Shown here piece by piece: positions 1-9,264 of a stretch of 47,489 nt of DNA. The notes beneath the pieces are model-generated. The model did no database searches, had not been told where the DNA came from, and was given only the letters and a program-made list of their open reading frames with translations. Location of the stretch: contig PXAP01000116.1 in the NCBI GenBank assembly GCA_003567115.1, positions 1-47,489 of the forward strand. Reading direction: 5' to 3'. The DNA is from Bacteroidota bacterium (GTDB taxonomy: Bacteria; Bacteroidota; Bacteroidia; Bacteroidales; PUMT01). Position 1 is the stretch's first letter. Each line of letters starts with the position of its first letter. The translations under genes and the position numbers were made by a program.

Positions 1-20
1 ATGGAACCCGCATGGTTTTG

Positions 21-238
21 TTGACCTTCGGTCGATTCTACATGCAATTATTTGTTCTTTTAGCAGTAATTGTCAGATGTAGAATTCATGTTATTTTGTC
101 TGTCGAAGGCTGATGCGGGTTTCATTCGTATAAAGTATAGTTATCAATTTATTATCTTTATTGACTTCGTCGATTTTACATGCTATTTATTTCTCTCTTA
201 GCATAATTTTACTGATGTGAAATTCATGTTATTTTGTG
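21..238. repeat. Two diverged copies (21-99 and 161-238) of a ~78-bp unit about 140 bp apart, downstream of the ECF sigma gene
   Basis: Hand alignment: TTGACCTTCGGTCGATTCTACATGCAATTATTTGTTCTTTTAGCAGTAATTGTCAGATGTAGAATTCATGTTATTTTGT vs TTGACTTCGTCGATTTTACATGCTATTTATTTCTCTCTTAGCATAATTTTACTGATGTGAAATTCATGTTATTTTGT. Unit 1 has internal arms ATTCTACAT/ATGTAGAAT. Confidence 0.7.
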
Positions 239-275
239 AGACGCAGTATCATGGGCATTCTTCAGGATAGTTCCA

Positions 276-761
276 TCATATCAGCACCTCAATTTTTCCA
301 ATATACTTTTTAAGGAACATCCTGGCCCTGTATATGTAAACTTTTACCTGCGATTCAGTCAGTCCGGTTATTCCGGCAATTTCATTATATGAATATCCTT
401 CGTAATCTCTTAATAAAATTACCGACCTCTGGATTTCGGGCAACTTTTCAACAGCCTCATGTAATATTTCATTCAGATCATTATAACCTGTTATACAGGA
501 ATATGATTCATCATCAGAGATATCGAATTCAACCCGGTACTTTTCCTTTCTAACCGTATCTATCATGGCATGATATGCCGTTTTGAAAAGGTATGATTTC
601 ATTTTTTCCGGTGCAACTGTTTCCAGCTTCTGCCATAGTCTCTCAAATGAGTCCTGAACAATGTCGCGCGCTTTCTCCTCATTCTTAATGCTTTTGAGAA
701 TAAAACGGTATACAGCATCGGAATAATCATCAACGCATTTATTGAAATGTTCTATACTCAT
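276..761 (-). CDS. RNA polymerase sigma factor, sigma-70 ECF subfamily
   Basis: 161-aa ORF with a region-2-like segment (DIVQDSFERLWQK) and a region-4 HTH (SYNEIAGITGLTESQVKVYIYRAR). No anti-sigma gene is visible downstream in the window. Confidence 0.9.
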   Translation of the reverse strand: MSIEHFNKCVDDYSDAVYRFILKSIKNEEKARDIVQDSFERLWQKLETVAPEKMKSYLFKTAYHAMIDTVRKEKYRVEFDISDDESYSCITGYNDLNEILHEAVEKLPEIQRSVILLRDYEGYSYNEIAGITGLTESQVKVYIYRARMFLKKYIGKIEVLI

Positions 762-1230
762 ACCTTATAAAAACAAATTACAGTTTTGAAATTAGTATAA
801 ACAAAGTATACCATCACCTTAATTCATCTTAAGCCTGCATAACCAGTGAAAACTATTTTTCTGCTTCGAACCGGATAGTGTTTTACCAGCAGTTATTATA
901 TTATAATGACGTTTACAGGCACATTAAAGTTACAGGCAGAATAAAAATTAGATACTATAAACTCAGGATAATATATTTACCAGATATCATTAAAAGGCAT
1001 AATACAATATATGGACAGTACTATCTATAAACTTATTTTCTTTCCGGATTTCCGGCTTTCAAAGCAGGCCTCAATAATTTAATAACAATAGCCGCCTGTT
1101 CCATGGGCACCTCCGGTTTTTCCCTGTTTCTTATAACTTTATATATATTATCGTAGTACTTTATTCCCGAAACTATAATTTAACACATTATTATATTTAT
1201 AAAGTGATATTGTTTAACAAGGTGGATAAT

Positions 1231-1261
1231 CACATAAAGCTCCATTACAGCCCTTTATGTG
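1231..1261 (-). terminator. Candidate hairpin terminator after the oxidoreductase gene
   Basis: A 9-bp inverted repeat CACATAAAG-N13-CTTTATGTG lies about 35 nt beyond the stop of 1296..2693. There is no clear U-tract. Confidence 0.35.
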
Positions 1262-1295
1262 ATATAATCTGAATATTTCCAAAATAGTTCTGTTA

Positions 1296-2693
1296 TTATT
1301 CTGACTGTTTTGCAATTTCAAGTGCCTTTGTAGTTGTATAATATTTTGATATCATATTTGGCACCTCCCATTCCGGCAATTGCCCGTCTACAAGAAACTG
1401 AAGATATTTTGAGGTAACCGATGCAAAATGTGCTTCATGGCCAACATGATAAACCTCCGGTACCACGACTTCCCATCTGTTTTCCAGCTTCTTTAATTCG
1501 ACCCCGGGATATTTTTCCTGTATATTCCTGAATTCACGGGAAAGCACATCCCCGAAATCATCCATATTATCAGGATCTGAAGGCTCTATATAAAGTACAG
1601 GTTTGAAATCCTGTTCTTCCCCCTGCTCTATAATAAGATTGGCATTACTTCCCCTGGTAAAGGAATAATGTGTATCACCTCCCCCTTCAGGAGCCTGGTA
1701 TCCCCACTTAACTATTACCTGTGCATGAACATCTTTCAGAGTATAGTTCATTTCACCATTGCAATAAAACTGCAATAAAGTATCATTTTCTATATATTCA
1801 TTCAAATAATCAGGGAACTCCGATACTCCGGTTACATTTTCAAACTGGCTCCTGGTGACAGGAGTTGGCCACCTGCTTGCAGAGATCATTTCAACATCTC
1901 TCTCATAATCAATTATAAGTCCGGGGAAAAGTGCCCATTGTACAAGATCAACAAGATGAGTGGTAACATCCACAATACCTTCTCCCTGCTGTGTTACATC
2001 AAAATACCAGGGTGGCCGGCGGAGTACCTGACCAGATACATATTTAAAAATGTAATGCACACTTTCCTTAATAACTGAAGGATCTTCCGGACTGCCTTTC
2101 TCAAGCCGCCCGAATACCAAAGGTAACTGCATGATCTCTTTCTGAAGAATGCTGGTTATCTCATATCTTTCTGTCATAATATCATACAAAAGAACATTGT
2201 TCCTTTCGGCCGATTCAAAAGCTTCCTTAAGTAACTCAAAATTTTCAGCATTTATCGCCATAGGTTTATCTGAAAGAACATTCAGCCCCTCATCAACTGC
2301 TCGTTTTATATAAGTGGTTTTACGGCGATTATTCCCGGCAAGCACAACAACATTACCTTTTTTCTCCTCCAGCATTCTTTCAAGGTAATCGTCTCCAGTA
2401 TAAACAACCTGATTCCATGATGTCGGATTCTCATCCCGGTTATTATAATTTTCAATCATGGCAAGATGCTGCTCAACTTCAGGTCCTTCCGGAGCATATA
2501 CATGGACGGTAGGATCCACCTGCTCATACATGTCTTTCTGCACAAGATACGCATGAAAATGACCGGGTGCAAGGGTAATAAGTCTGACCTCATTTGGCTC
2601 CCCGGTAAACTGATTTGTTTCCATATCACAAGCACTTATAAAAGATAGAATTACTAAAATACCGGATAATTTTAAAACGGATGATTTAATCAT
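1296..2693 (-). CDS. Exported Gfo/Idh/MocA-like oxidoreductase with the 'putative oxidoreductase C-terminal' type domain
   Basis: 465 aa. Signal peptide ends in LSFISAC (lipobox-like). Rossmann-type N-domain (ITLAPGHFHA, VVVLAGNNRRKT). Architecture recalled from family knowledge; no search was run. Confidence 0.7.
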   Translation of the reverse strand: MIKSSVLKLSGILVILSFISACDMETNQFTGEPNEVRLITLAPGHFHAYLVQKDMYEQVDPTVHVYAPEGPEVEQHLAMIENYNNRDENPTSWNQVVYTGDDYLERMLEEKKGNVVVLAGNNRRKTTYIKRAVDEGLNVLSDKPMAINAENFELLKEAFESAERNNVLLYDIMTERYEITSILQKEIMQLPLVFGRLEKGSPEDPSVIKESVHYIFKYVSGQVLRRPPWYFDVTQQGEGIVDVTTHLVDLVQWALFPGLIIDYERDVEMISASRWPTPVTRSQFENVTGVSEFPDYLNEYIENDTLLQFYCNGEMNYTLKDVHAQVIVKWGYQAPEGGGDTHYSFTRGSNANLIIEQGEEQDFKPVLYIEPSDPDNMDDFGDVLSREFRNIQEKYPGVELKKLENRWEVVVPEVYHVGHEAHFASVTSKYLQFLVDGQLPEWEVPNMISKYYTTTKALEIAKQSE

Positions 2694-2778
2694 AACATTC
2701 TTGTTTTATTATTATTATATTAACAATTTACTTGCCTTTATTTTCTAATATTTGCCTGTAAATATGTAATTCAAGCCT

Positions 2779-4026
2779 TTATTCCTCCACGGTAATCACC
2801 GGAGGATGCGAAAAATCATTCCATATCCGTTCAGCCTCTATTGTATCCATTTCCCCGTCAAACACCAAAATACGATACCTGAGCATGTAATTTCTATCAG
2901 AATCAAGAATCCATTGTGTGTTTCGTGTAGGGGAAAAGTTAATAAAATGGTCACCTCTTCCTCCTGTCGCATCTGAGCCCCATGTTCTCAGTGGTTCAGG
3001 ATGATTATAATTGGAAGGATGCCCCATCATAAGTATCCCTGCCTCCCCCTCCGGGGTATCTCCAAATACAATACACCACCGCGCCCTTTCGCCATCTGCA
3101 TGATCCCTGTCCAATCCTTCAGAAGTAAAAAAATCACTGTTTTCACTTGTCCAGTAATCCGTTGCCCTTAAAACAAATCCTCCGTACCTGTATTCCTCAA
3201 GAATTAACTTTTCAACAGGACTGAGACGAGACTTTATATCTATAAGAAATGTATTCTCATTCCGATTGAAAACCCTTATTTCTTTCAACTCATTCATTGC
3301 AATCATTTCCCCGGGAGAATCAGGCCAGGCAACATGCTCATGCAAAACTTGCAAACTCCCGAACAAGGGACCCTGATTTACAGAAGCCACTCCCCCGAAA
3401 CGTACCCTGCCTTCTCCTTTTGCCAGGTTCCAGAAATCAATCTCTTCTCCCCGGAAAGTAGTTTTTGTCCATGGATTCCAGATGCCATAATGATGCATAT
3501 GATCTTCTGGTTGTATATTGGTAAGAACAGCACCATTAGGAGCAAATAGCGGATGTATGAACCCACTTCTCCGGTAGATAGTATCATATCCTTCAGGAGG
3601 ATAAACAATACCGGAATTGTATTGCAGCACCGGAATATCACCGGAAAGGATAACATACGCATCCTCTTCCCTTTTAACGCTGATGTTTTTAGATACTTTA
3701 AGTGCTGACTCCTTTCTAAGTTCAAATATCCTCGTTTTACCCGGTTCTGTCTGACCATCCAGTAACCAGTGAAGAAAACGCTCCTCTCCAAAACTGAATT
3801 GTACAGCCTGGAAAACAAGTTCGTTTTCAATTAGCTCGTATAACCTCAAATTTTCTTCGTTCACGCTGGTAATATCATCCAATGAAATCGATAAAGGAGT
3901 ATCAGATCGTTCGTATGACCCCGGGTTAACACTAATTGTTGCCAGTATATTTGTTTCATCTGCCCGAGTTCCACAAAACGTAAAGAATAAAATACTCAAG
4001 CCGAGGAATAATGCTACTGCTTTCAT
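2779..4026 (-). CDS. PmoA-like / DUF6807 family protein, exported
   Basis: 415 aa with an N-terminal signal peptide. Motifs HHYGIWNPW, IDFWNL and YGGFVLRA are recalled from the PmoA-like family that commonly sits next to Gfo/Idh/MocA oxidoreductases. Confidence 0.65.
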   Translation of the reverse strand: MKAVALFLGLSILFFTFCGTRADETNILATISVNPGSYERSDTPLSISLDDITSVNEENLRLYELIENELVFQAVQFSFGEERFLHWLLDGQTEPGKTRIFELRKESALKVSKNISVKREEDAYVILSGDIPVLQYNSGIVYPPEGYDTIYRRSGFIHPLFAPNGAVLTNIQPEDHMHHYGIWNPWTKTTFRGEEIDFWNLAKGEGRVRFGGVASVNQGPLFGSLQVLHEHVAWPDSPGEMIAMNELKEIRVFNRNENTFLIDIKSRLSPVEKLILEEYRYGGFVLRATDYWTSENSDFFTSEGLDRDHADGERARWCIVFGDTPEGEAGILMMGHPSNYNHPEPLRTWGSDATGGRGDHFINFSPTRNTQWILDSDRNYMLRYRILVFDGEMDTIEAERIWNDFSHPPVITVEE

Positions 4027-4199
4027 TGTTATTTATATTATAATTAATTAATTGGTACTGTTCAATAAATTACTGGAGCCATTAAAAGCAAATAAAATCT
4101 ATTATGCCCGGAAAACTTATAATATCAAAGGGATATGCTAATATTTTAAAAGATTCATGTGTTTATATTTACAAATCCATGGTCTCATATAACATAAAT

Positions 4200-5027
4200 T
4201 TATTTAATATCCAGGGATCTGGAATATGCATTACTGTAATCCGGCAGACCATCGGCAGTCACCCATTTAATACCCCCAAGAATGTGCTGCATAAATAGTT
4301 CATCTTTAAATATATGGTCGTCATGGCCGTAGGAAGTATACCATTGCCTGCCTCCATCAAAGGTATTACACCACACAGAAGGATAGTCATTCCCAAAAGC
4401 ATAAGGTTTTTCCTCGTCATCTTCAATTGTGGAAAGATCATGTGCCATCAGGACCCGGACTTGTGGGTTATATTCTTTCACATAATAAGGTTCATCTTCA
4501 ATTATCCATGGATTTGGTAAATGCCGGGTAGACGGATGTGTCCCGTCAATTATATTGACATTAAATTCCTGATACCGGGGATGTCTGTCAAAAGTAGCGC
4601 CGATCATTTTTTTATACCAGTCCCAGTTTCTTTCAGTCCCTATTGCTATATGTATCCCAACAAAACCACCTCCCGCCTGGACGTAACGTTTCAAAGCTAT
4701 TCTTTGATCATCTGTATGAAAAACATCGTTGTTGGTATTTGCAAATACAAGGGCATGATATCTTTTAAGATTATCATCAGTAAAGAGAGAGGGATCATCT
4801 GAAACATCCATATTGAACCTATGCTCATCCGCTAATTTTTGAAGTGCATCAATGCCTGCAGGAATACTGGCATGAAAGAATCCTCCTTCCCCTACTTTCG
4901 TATAAACCAGTATGTTTATCCCTTCCGTATTTCCTGTACGATTGTCCCATTTACCCGGTGGCGATGAACAGGAGAAGAACTGAAATATAAAGATAAGCAG
5001 ACCTAAAAATAGTGTGGGATTCATCAT
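4200..5027 (-). CDS. ThuA domain-containing protein (trehalose-utilisation-like), exported
   Basis: 275 aa. Signal peptide with FFSC. ThuA-like blocks YHALVFANT, YVQAGGGFVGIH, PYYVKEY and WYTSYGH. Confidence 0.8.
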   Translation of the reverse strand: MMNPTLFLGLLIFIFQFFSCSSPPGKWDNRTGNTEGINILVYTKVGEGGFFHASIPAGIDALQKLADEHRFNMDVSDDPSLFTDDNLKRYHALVFANTNNDVFHTDDQRIALKRYVQAGGGFVGIHIAIGTERNWDWYKKMIGATFDRHPRYQEFNVNIIDGTHPSTRHLPNPWIIEDEPYYVKEYNPQVRVLMAHDLSTIEDDEEKPYAFGNDYPSVWCNTFDGGRQWYTSYGHDDHIFKDELFMQHILGGIKWVTADGLPDYSNAYSRSLDIK

Positions 5028-5137
5028 TAAACCAGATAAAATTATTCAAAATTTATTTCATTTATTACCTCAGGTGCTCATGCTAATGTGTTTATGTTTG
5101 CTTTTCAAAGGTCAAAATGAACTTGCTATTACCATTT

Positions 5138-6265
5138 TCATTTTTTAACAATCCTCCCCTTCCAATAAAATACACCTGTAAAGGCAGTTATTACGGTAAA
5201 ACTAATATAAAAAAAATAAAGAAACTGTATTACCGGAAAATATTTCATTAACTTATTTTCTCTGAAAAAGGTCGTAACAGAAAAAAGAAACGGGAAATCT
5301 ATAAGTGATTTAGAGATGAAAATAAATGCTCCGATTAATAAAAAGGGATAAAATAAAATTCCTGAAAACAGGCATATGACGAAATAGAAATTAATTATAA
5401 ATATAAGTATCGCCGTGAAAACAGACGCTTTACTCTTATAATGCCGGCTCTTTGATGTCCAGCGTTTTCTTTGTTTAAAAAATCCGGCTAGTTCTGATTG
5501 AGCTTTTGTGGTCACTATACCATCATTACTCTTTAAGAAACAGAGGTTTTCAATACCTGCCTTATGCATTGCAAGTAAAAGAAAAACGTCATCGCCCGAG
5601 GATAATACCTGATCATTATAATGACCTCCTGCTGCAAAATATGTATCTTTTCTGAATCCGAGATTTGCTGAGCTGCACATAACCGGATTACCGGTATAGA
5701 GAGATCCTGCTGTTGAACCCAGCAGACTGTAATATTCAAGTTTTTGAAACTTACTGAAAAATTTCCTGTCCCCCTGCATAAGCACAGGTCCTGCAACAAG
5801 GTCAGCTTTGGTTTTATTGAAACAGTTAACCATACTCCATACCCATAAGGGAGAAGGTTTACAATCGGCATCGATGGTAAGAATAACAGCAAACCGGGAT
5901 GCAAAAACTCCCTTGCGCAATGCCGTTTTTTTTCCTTCTTCATCATTTGAAAGTCCTATATAGCGGATATTTCCATGGCGTTTTGCAAAATAGCGGATAA
6001 TATCCGGGGTAAGATCAGTTGAATGATCATCAATAATAATTATTTCAATCAGATTTTGAGGATAATCCTGTTTTGTCAGATCTTCAAGCAGCATTAATAT
6101 ATTTAGCTCCTCATTTCGTACAGGAACAAGAATTGATACAAAGGTATTTGTTACATCCGATAATGAAGATTGGGCCGGAGTCCGGATCCATCCGTAATAG
6201 AAAAGTCCTATCCACAAAATATAAGTAATTACCAGAGCAAATGCTATGATCCAAAAGACCATCAT
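5138..6265 (-). CDS. Family 2 glycosyltransferase, membrane-embedded, processive-type motif
   Basis: 375 aa. N-terminal TM helix, VSILVPVRNE, DxD-like IIIDDHSTD and TIDADC, QRKRW (QxxRW), and a C-terminal TM bundle. Confidence 0.85.
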   Translation of the reverse strand: MMVFWIIAFALVITYILWIGLFYYGWIRTPAQSSLSDVTNTFVSILVPVRNEELNILMLLEDLTKQDYPQNLIEIIIIDDHSTDLTPDIIRYFAKRHGNIRYIGLSNDEEGKKTALRKGVFASRFAVILTIDADCKPSPLWVWSMVNCFNKTKADLVAGPVLMQGDRKFFSKFQKLEYYSLLGSTAGSLYTGNPVMCSSANLGFRKDTYFAAGGHYNDQVLSSGDDVFLLLAMHKAGIENLCFLKSNDGIVTTKAQSELAGFFKQRKRWTSKSRHYKSKASVFTAILIFIINFYFVICLFSGILFYPFLLIGAFIFISKSLIDFPFLFSVTTFFRENKLMKYFPVIQFLYFFYISFTVITAFTGVFYWKGRIVKK

Positions 6266-6298
6266 ATATTCAAGGAAAGTATCTTAATGAAGCAATTT

Positions 6299-6763
6299 TT
6301 ACACTCCACAACTGCTTATCCATTCAAATAATTGATAATGTTCCCCATTCATGCCAAAATTTCTGTAAACCTGCAGGGCTTTTTTATTGGTCTTGTCAAC
6401 ATATAATCTGATTCCGTAAAAGGCCGGATTGTTTTCAACCATTTGTTTAATATGCAAGTATAAATGTTTGAAAACTCCTTTATTACGATATTCCGGTAAA
6501 ACATATACGGATTGAATCCATAATATTTGGCAATTTCTCCAGTCGCTCCATTCATATGTGGTAAGCAGTGATCCTGACACTTTGCCATTAATTTCTGCTA
6601 TATAATAACAGCCTTTTGCGGAATCGGAAAAAACAGCCTTGACTCCCTTTTGCACAATAACCGGATTCAGCTCAAGGCTTTCTGTTTCCATTGCCATCTT
6701 TTCCTGAAAACGGGAGATTACTTTATATTCATCTGGCATAGCCTTCCTTACAGATATCATCAA
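6299..6763 (-). CDS. GNAT family N-acetyltransferase
   Basis: 154 aa with a typical GNAT core (IQSVYVLPEYRNKGVFKHLY). Confidence 0.85.
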   Translation of the reverse strand: MMISVRKAMPDEYKVISRFQEKMAMETESLELNPVIVQKGVKAVFSDSAKGCYYIAEINGKVSGSLLTTYEWSDWRNCQILWIQSVYVLPEYRNKGVFKHLYLHIKQMVENNPAFYGIRLYVDKTNKKALQVYRNFGMNGEHYQLFEWISSCGV

Positions 6764-6863
6764 AAACCGGTTTTAATTATCAATATATCTGTTTGCAAAT
6801 TACGGAAATAATTTGGATTTAGGTACACCAGGAAAATCAAGGGAATAATAATGTCTGCTATTA

Positions 6864-7964
6864 TTATATTCCCTGAACATCAAGATTGGTAAGCCCGGCC
6901 CGCCTGGCAGCATTAACAGCATTTCTGTATTCCGCAACAGTGAGCCTGCGCGAAATCTCGGGGTAATCATGCGCCTTGAACATAGGCTGATACTGGGACA
7001 TAAGATTCACATATGTATCTTCAGGAAGATTTTGAGATATCCATTTTACCAGATCACTTGTATTACCAACATTATTGGGCATTATAAGATGCCTTATTAT
7101 CAGCCCTCTCTGCAAAATGCCATCATTGGCCCCGGGATCGGCAACTCCCACCTGCCTGTTCATTTCAATGAGTGCTTTTTTGGTTATTTCAGGGTATGTT
7201 TCAGCACCAGGAGAGTATTTATCTGCCATTTCGGAATCGAAATATTTGAAATCTGACAAATAAATATCTATGACCCCGTCCAGTAGATTTAATATCTCCA
7301 TACGTTCCCATCCACTTGTATTGTATGCAACAGGCAGCCGTAAACCATTTCCGGCGGCCTTATCAAGGGCAAACATTATGTGAGGGGCATAATGCGTAGG
7401 TGTTACAACATTAATATTGTGGCAGCCAATTCTTTGCAGTTGCAGCATCATGTCGCTCAACTGATCTGTATTATAATTCCGGCCCACACCTCCCTGACTG
7501 ATTTCCCAGTTAATGCAGAACACGCATAACATAGCACAATTAGTAAAAAAAATTGTTCCTGAGCCGTTTTTGCCCACCAAAGGTCGCTCTTCCCCAAAAT
7601 GGGGATTATAGGAAGAAACCTGAAGCTGGTCAGTGGCAGAGCAATAATCACCTTCCTGCCCCCTGAGTCGGTCATTCTCGCATTCACGGGGACAAAGCCG
7701 GCAGGTACTCATCATATTCCATAAAACTTCAGCCCTTGCACGAAGTTCACCGGTACGGTGCAATTTAAGATATCCGGGTTCGAAATGATCAGAGTTGTTA
7801 TCAAAACTGGCAACGGCTGACATATTTGTATGAGTTTTATTACCATGACGGGACGATGAATCTGAAAAACACGCAGATAAAGCAGGTGCGGGGAAAATAC
7901 CTGCTAATGACATAGCGGCCAGTTTCCGGCAAAAGCTCCTGCGATTTGATTTACATGAAGCCAT
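6864..7964 (-). CDS. Radical SAM protein, PflX-like (COG1313-type putative activating enzyme), with an N-terminal Tat/lipobox-like leader
   Basis: 366 aa. CRLCPRECENDR...GDYC region, CX3CX2C cluster CAMLCVFC followed by INWEISQ, then VAYNTSGWE...IDIYLSDFKY. The N-terminus reads NRRSFCRKLAAMSLAGIFPAPALSAC. An alternative start at Met48 (7823) would remove the leader. Confidence 0.85.
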   Translation of the reverse strand: MASCKSNRRSFCRKLAAMSLAGIFPAPALSACFSDSSSRHGNKTHTNMSAVASFDNNSDHFEPGYLKLHRTGELRARAEVLWNMMSTCRLCPRECENDRLRGQEGDYCSATDQLQVSSYNPHFGEERPLVGKNGSGTIFFTNCAMLCVFCINWEISQGGVGRNYNTDQLSDMMLQLQRIGCHNINVVTPTHYAPHIMFALDKAAGNGLRLPVAYNTSGWERMEILNLLDGVIDIYLSDFKYFDSEMADKYSPGAETYPEITKKALIEMNRQVGVADPGANDGILQRGLIIRHLIMPNNVGNTSDLVKWISQNLPEDTYVNLMSQYQPMFKAHDYPEISRRLTVAEYRNAVNAARRAGLTNLDVQGI

Positions 7965-8306
7965 AAATTATTATATTTTAAATTTGGTTTTACCTGACCA
8001 AAATTGTTTGAAGAATTGACCCTTCCCCGCCTGATTGCAAGGAATCTTTGATTCTTTACTCCTTTTTTATACTTACTAACCTGCTGCAAGCAACGGGGAA
8101 TCATTTTGCAACAGACAAAATCATTAATAAAAATAATTAATTTTATGTAGTTCATAAAACGTGGGGTAAATATATTTTATTCCATATTTTATATAATTAC
8201 TATAATAATTTATTCGGGATGGATAAACACCTCAGAATTTCTTAAAGGCTGAGATCATTATTGTAACCTAAACATCAGTATTATAACTATTCAAAACTCA
8301 CCTGGC

Positions 8307-9164
8307 ATGGACAGACCTTTAATTAAACAAGGATGGCTAAGGGTAATTTTATATCTATTTGCACTTATTTTCACAATGATCCTTTTTGGAATTCTTGCAT
8401 TTTTATTATTTCCTGCAATATCAGGCAAAATCCCGGAAGAATTCAATCTTACTGAAAAAGGAAACATCAATCGGCTTATCATCTATCAGGGGATAATTCT
8501 GACCGGAGTAACCTTGTTAACCCTTTTATTCAGAAAAGGCATTGACAGGCAAGATATAGTTACCCTGGGTTTTCAAATGTTCCACGTGAAAAGGGATCTT
8601 TTACTTGGTATTTTTATTGGGTTTGGATGTATTGCAGCAGGCTTTTTGATCCTTTATGTCTCAGGTTATGTTTATATAGAAAGATTAAGCGCCGATACAA
8701 GTTACCTGGCAGGAAGCCTGATATTCTTTTTTATGGTTTCATGGATTGAAGAAATATCATTCCGGGGATATATTCTGAATAATCTGATGGATTCATTCCA
8801 CCCACACATTGCCCTTTTGCTATCTTCAACATTATTTGCTCTTTTTCACGTTTTTAACAACGACTTATCACTTCTCGCATTTACAAATCTGATCCTGGCA
8901 GGAATATTACTTGGAATAATTTTTATTTATACAAGAACTATTTGGTTTGCATTAAGCTTGCATTTCAGCTGGAATTTTTTTCAGGGTCCTGTGTTTGGCT
9001 TTCGGGTAAGCGGAATTGAAACACCAGCTTTTATGAAAATTCGAACTGAGGGTGCAGATTTCATAAGCGGAGGGGATTTCGGTTTTGAAGGGTCCCTGTT
9101 ATGTTCATTTCTGATAATTCTGTCTATTTTATTGCTATACCGTTATAACAAAAGAATAAATTAA
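8307..9164 (+). CDS. CPBP family intramembrane glutamic endopeptidase (CAAX protease-like)
   Basis: 285 aa, polytopic. Motifs EEISFRGY, FALFH and HFSWNF. Confidence 0.85.
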   Translation: MDRPLIKQGWLRVILYLFALIFTMILFGILAFLLFPAISGKIPEEFNLTEKGNINRLIIYQGIILTGVTLLTLLFRKGIDRQDIVTLGFQMFHVKRDLLLGIFIGFGCIAAGFLILYVSGYVYIERLSADTSYLAGSLIFFFMVSWIEEISFRGYILNNLMDSFHPHIALLLSSTLFALFHVFNNDLSLLAFTNLILAGILLGIIFIYTRTIWFALSLHFSWNFFQGPVFGFRVSGIETPAFMKIRTEGADFISGGDFGFEGSLLCSFLIILSILLLYRYNKRIN

Positions 9165-9264
9165 TTCTTTGGAGAAAAAAGTATTAGTTTTGTGATGATT
9201 AAGAAATTGATTTTGTGCAGAAAACCAATGATAGTCATTCAAAAAGAAACAAACTATAGAAATC

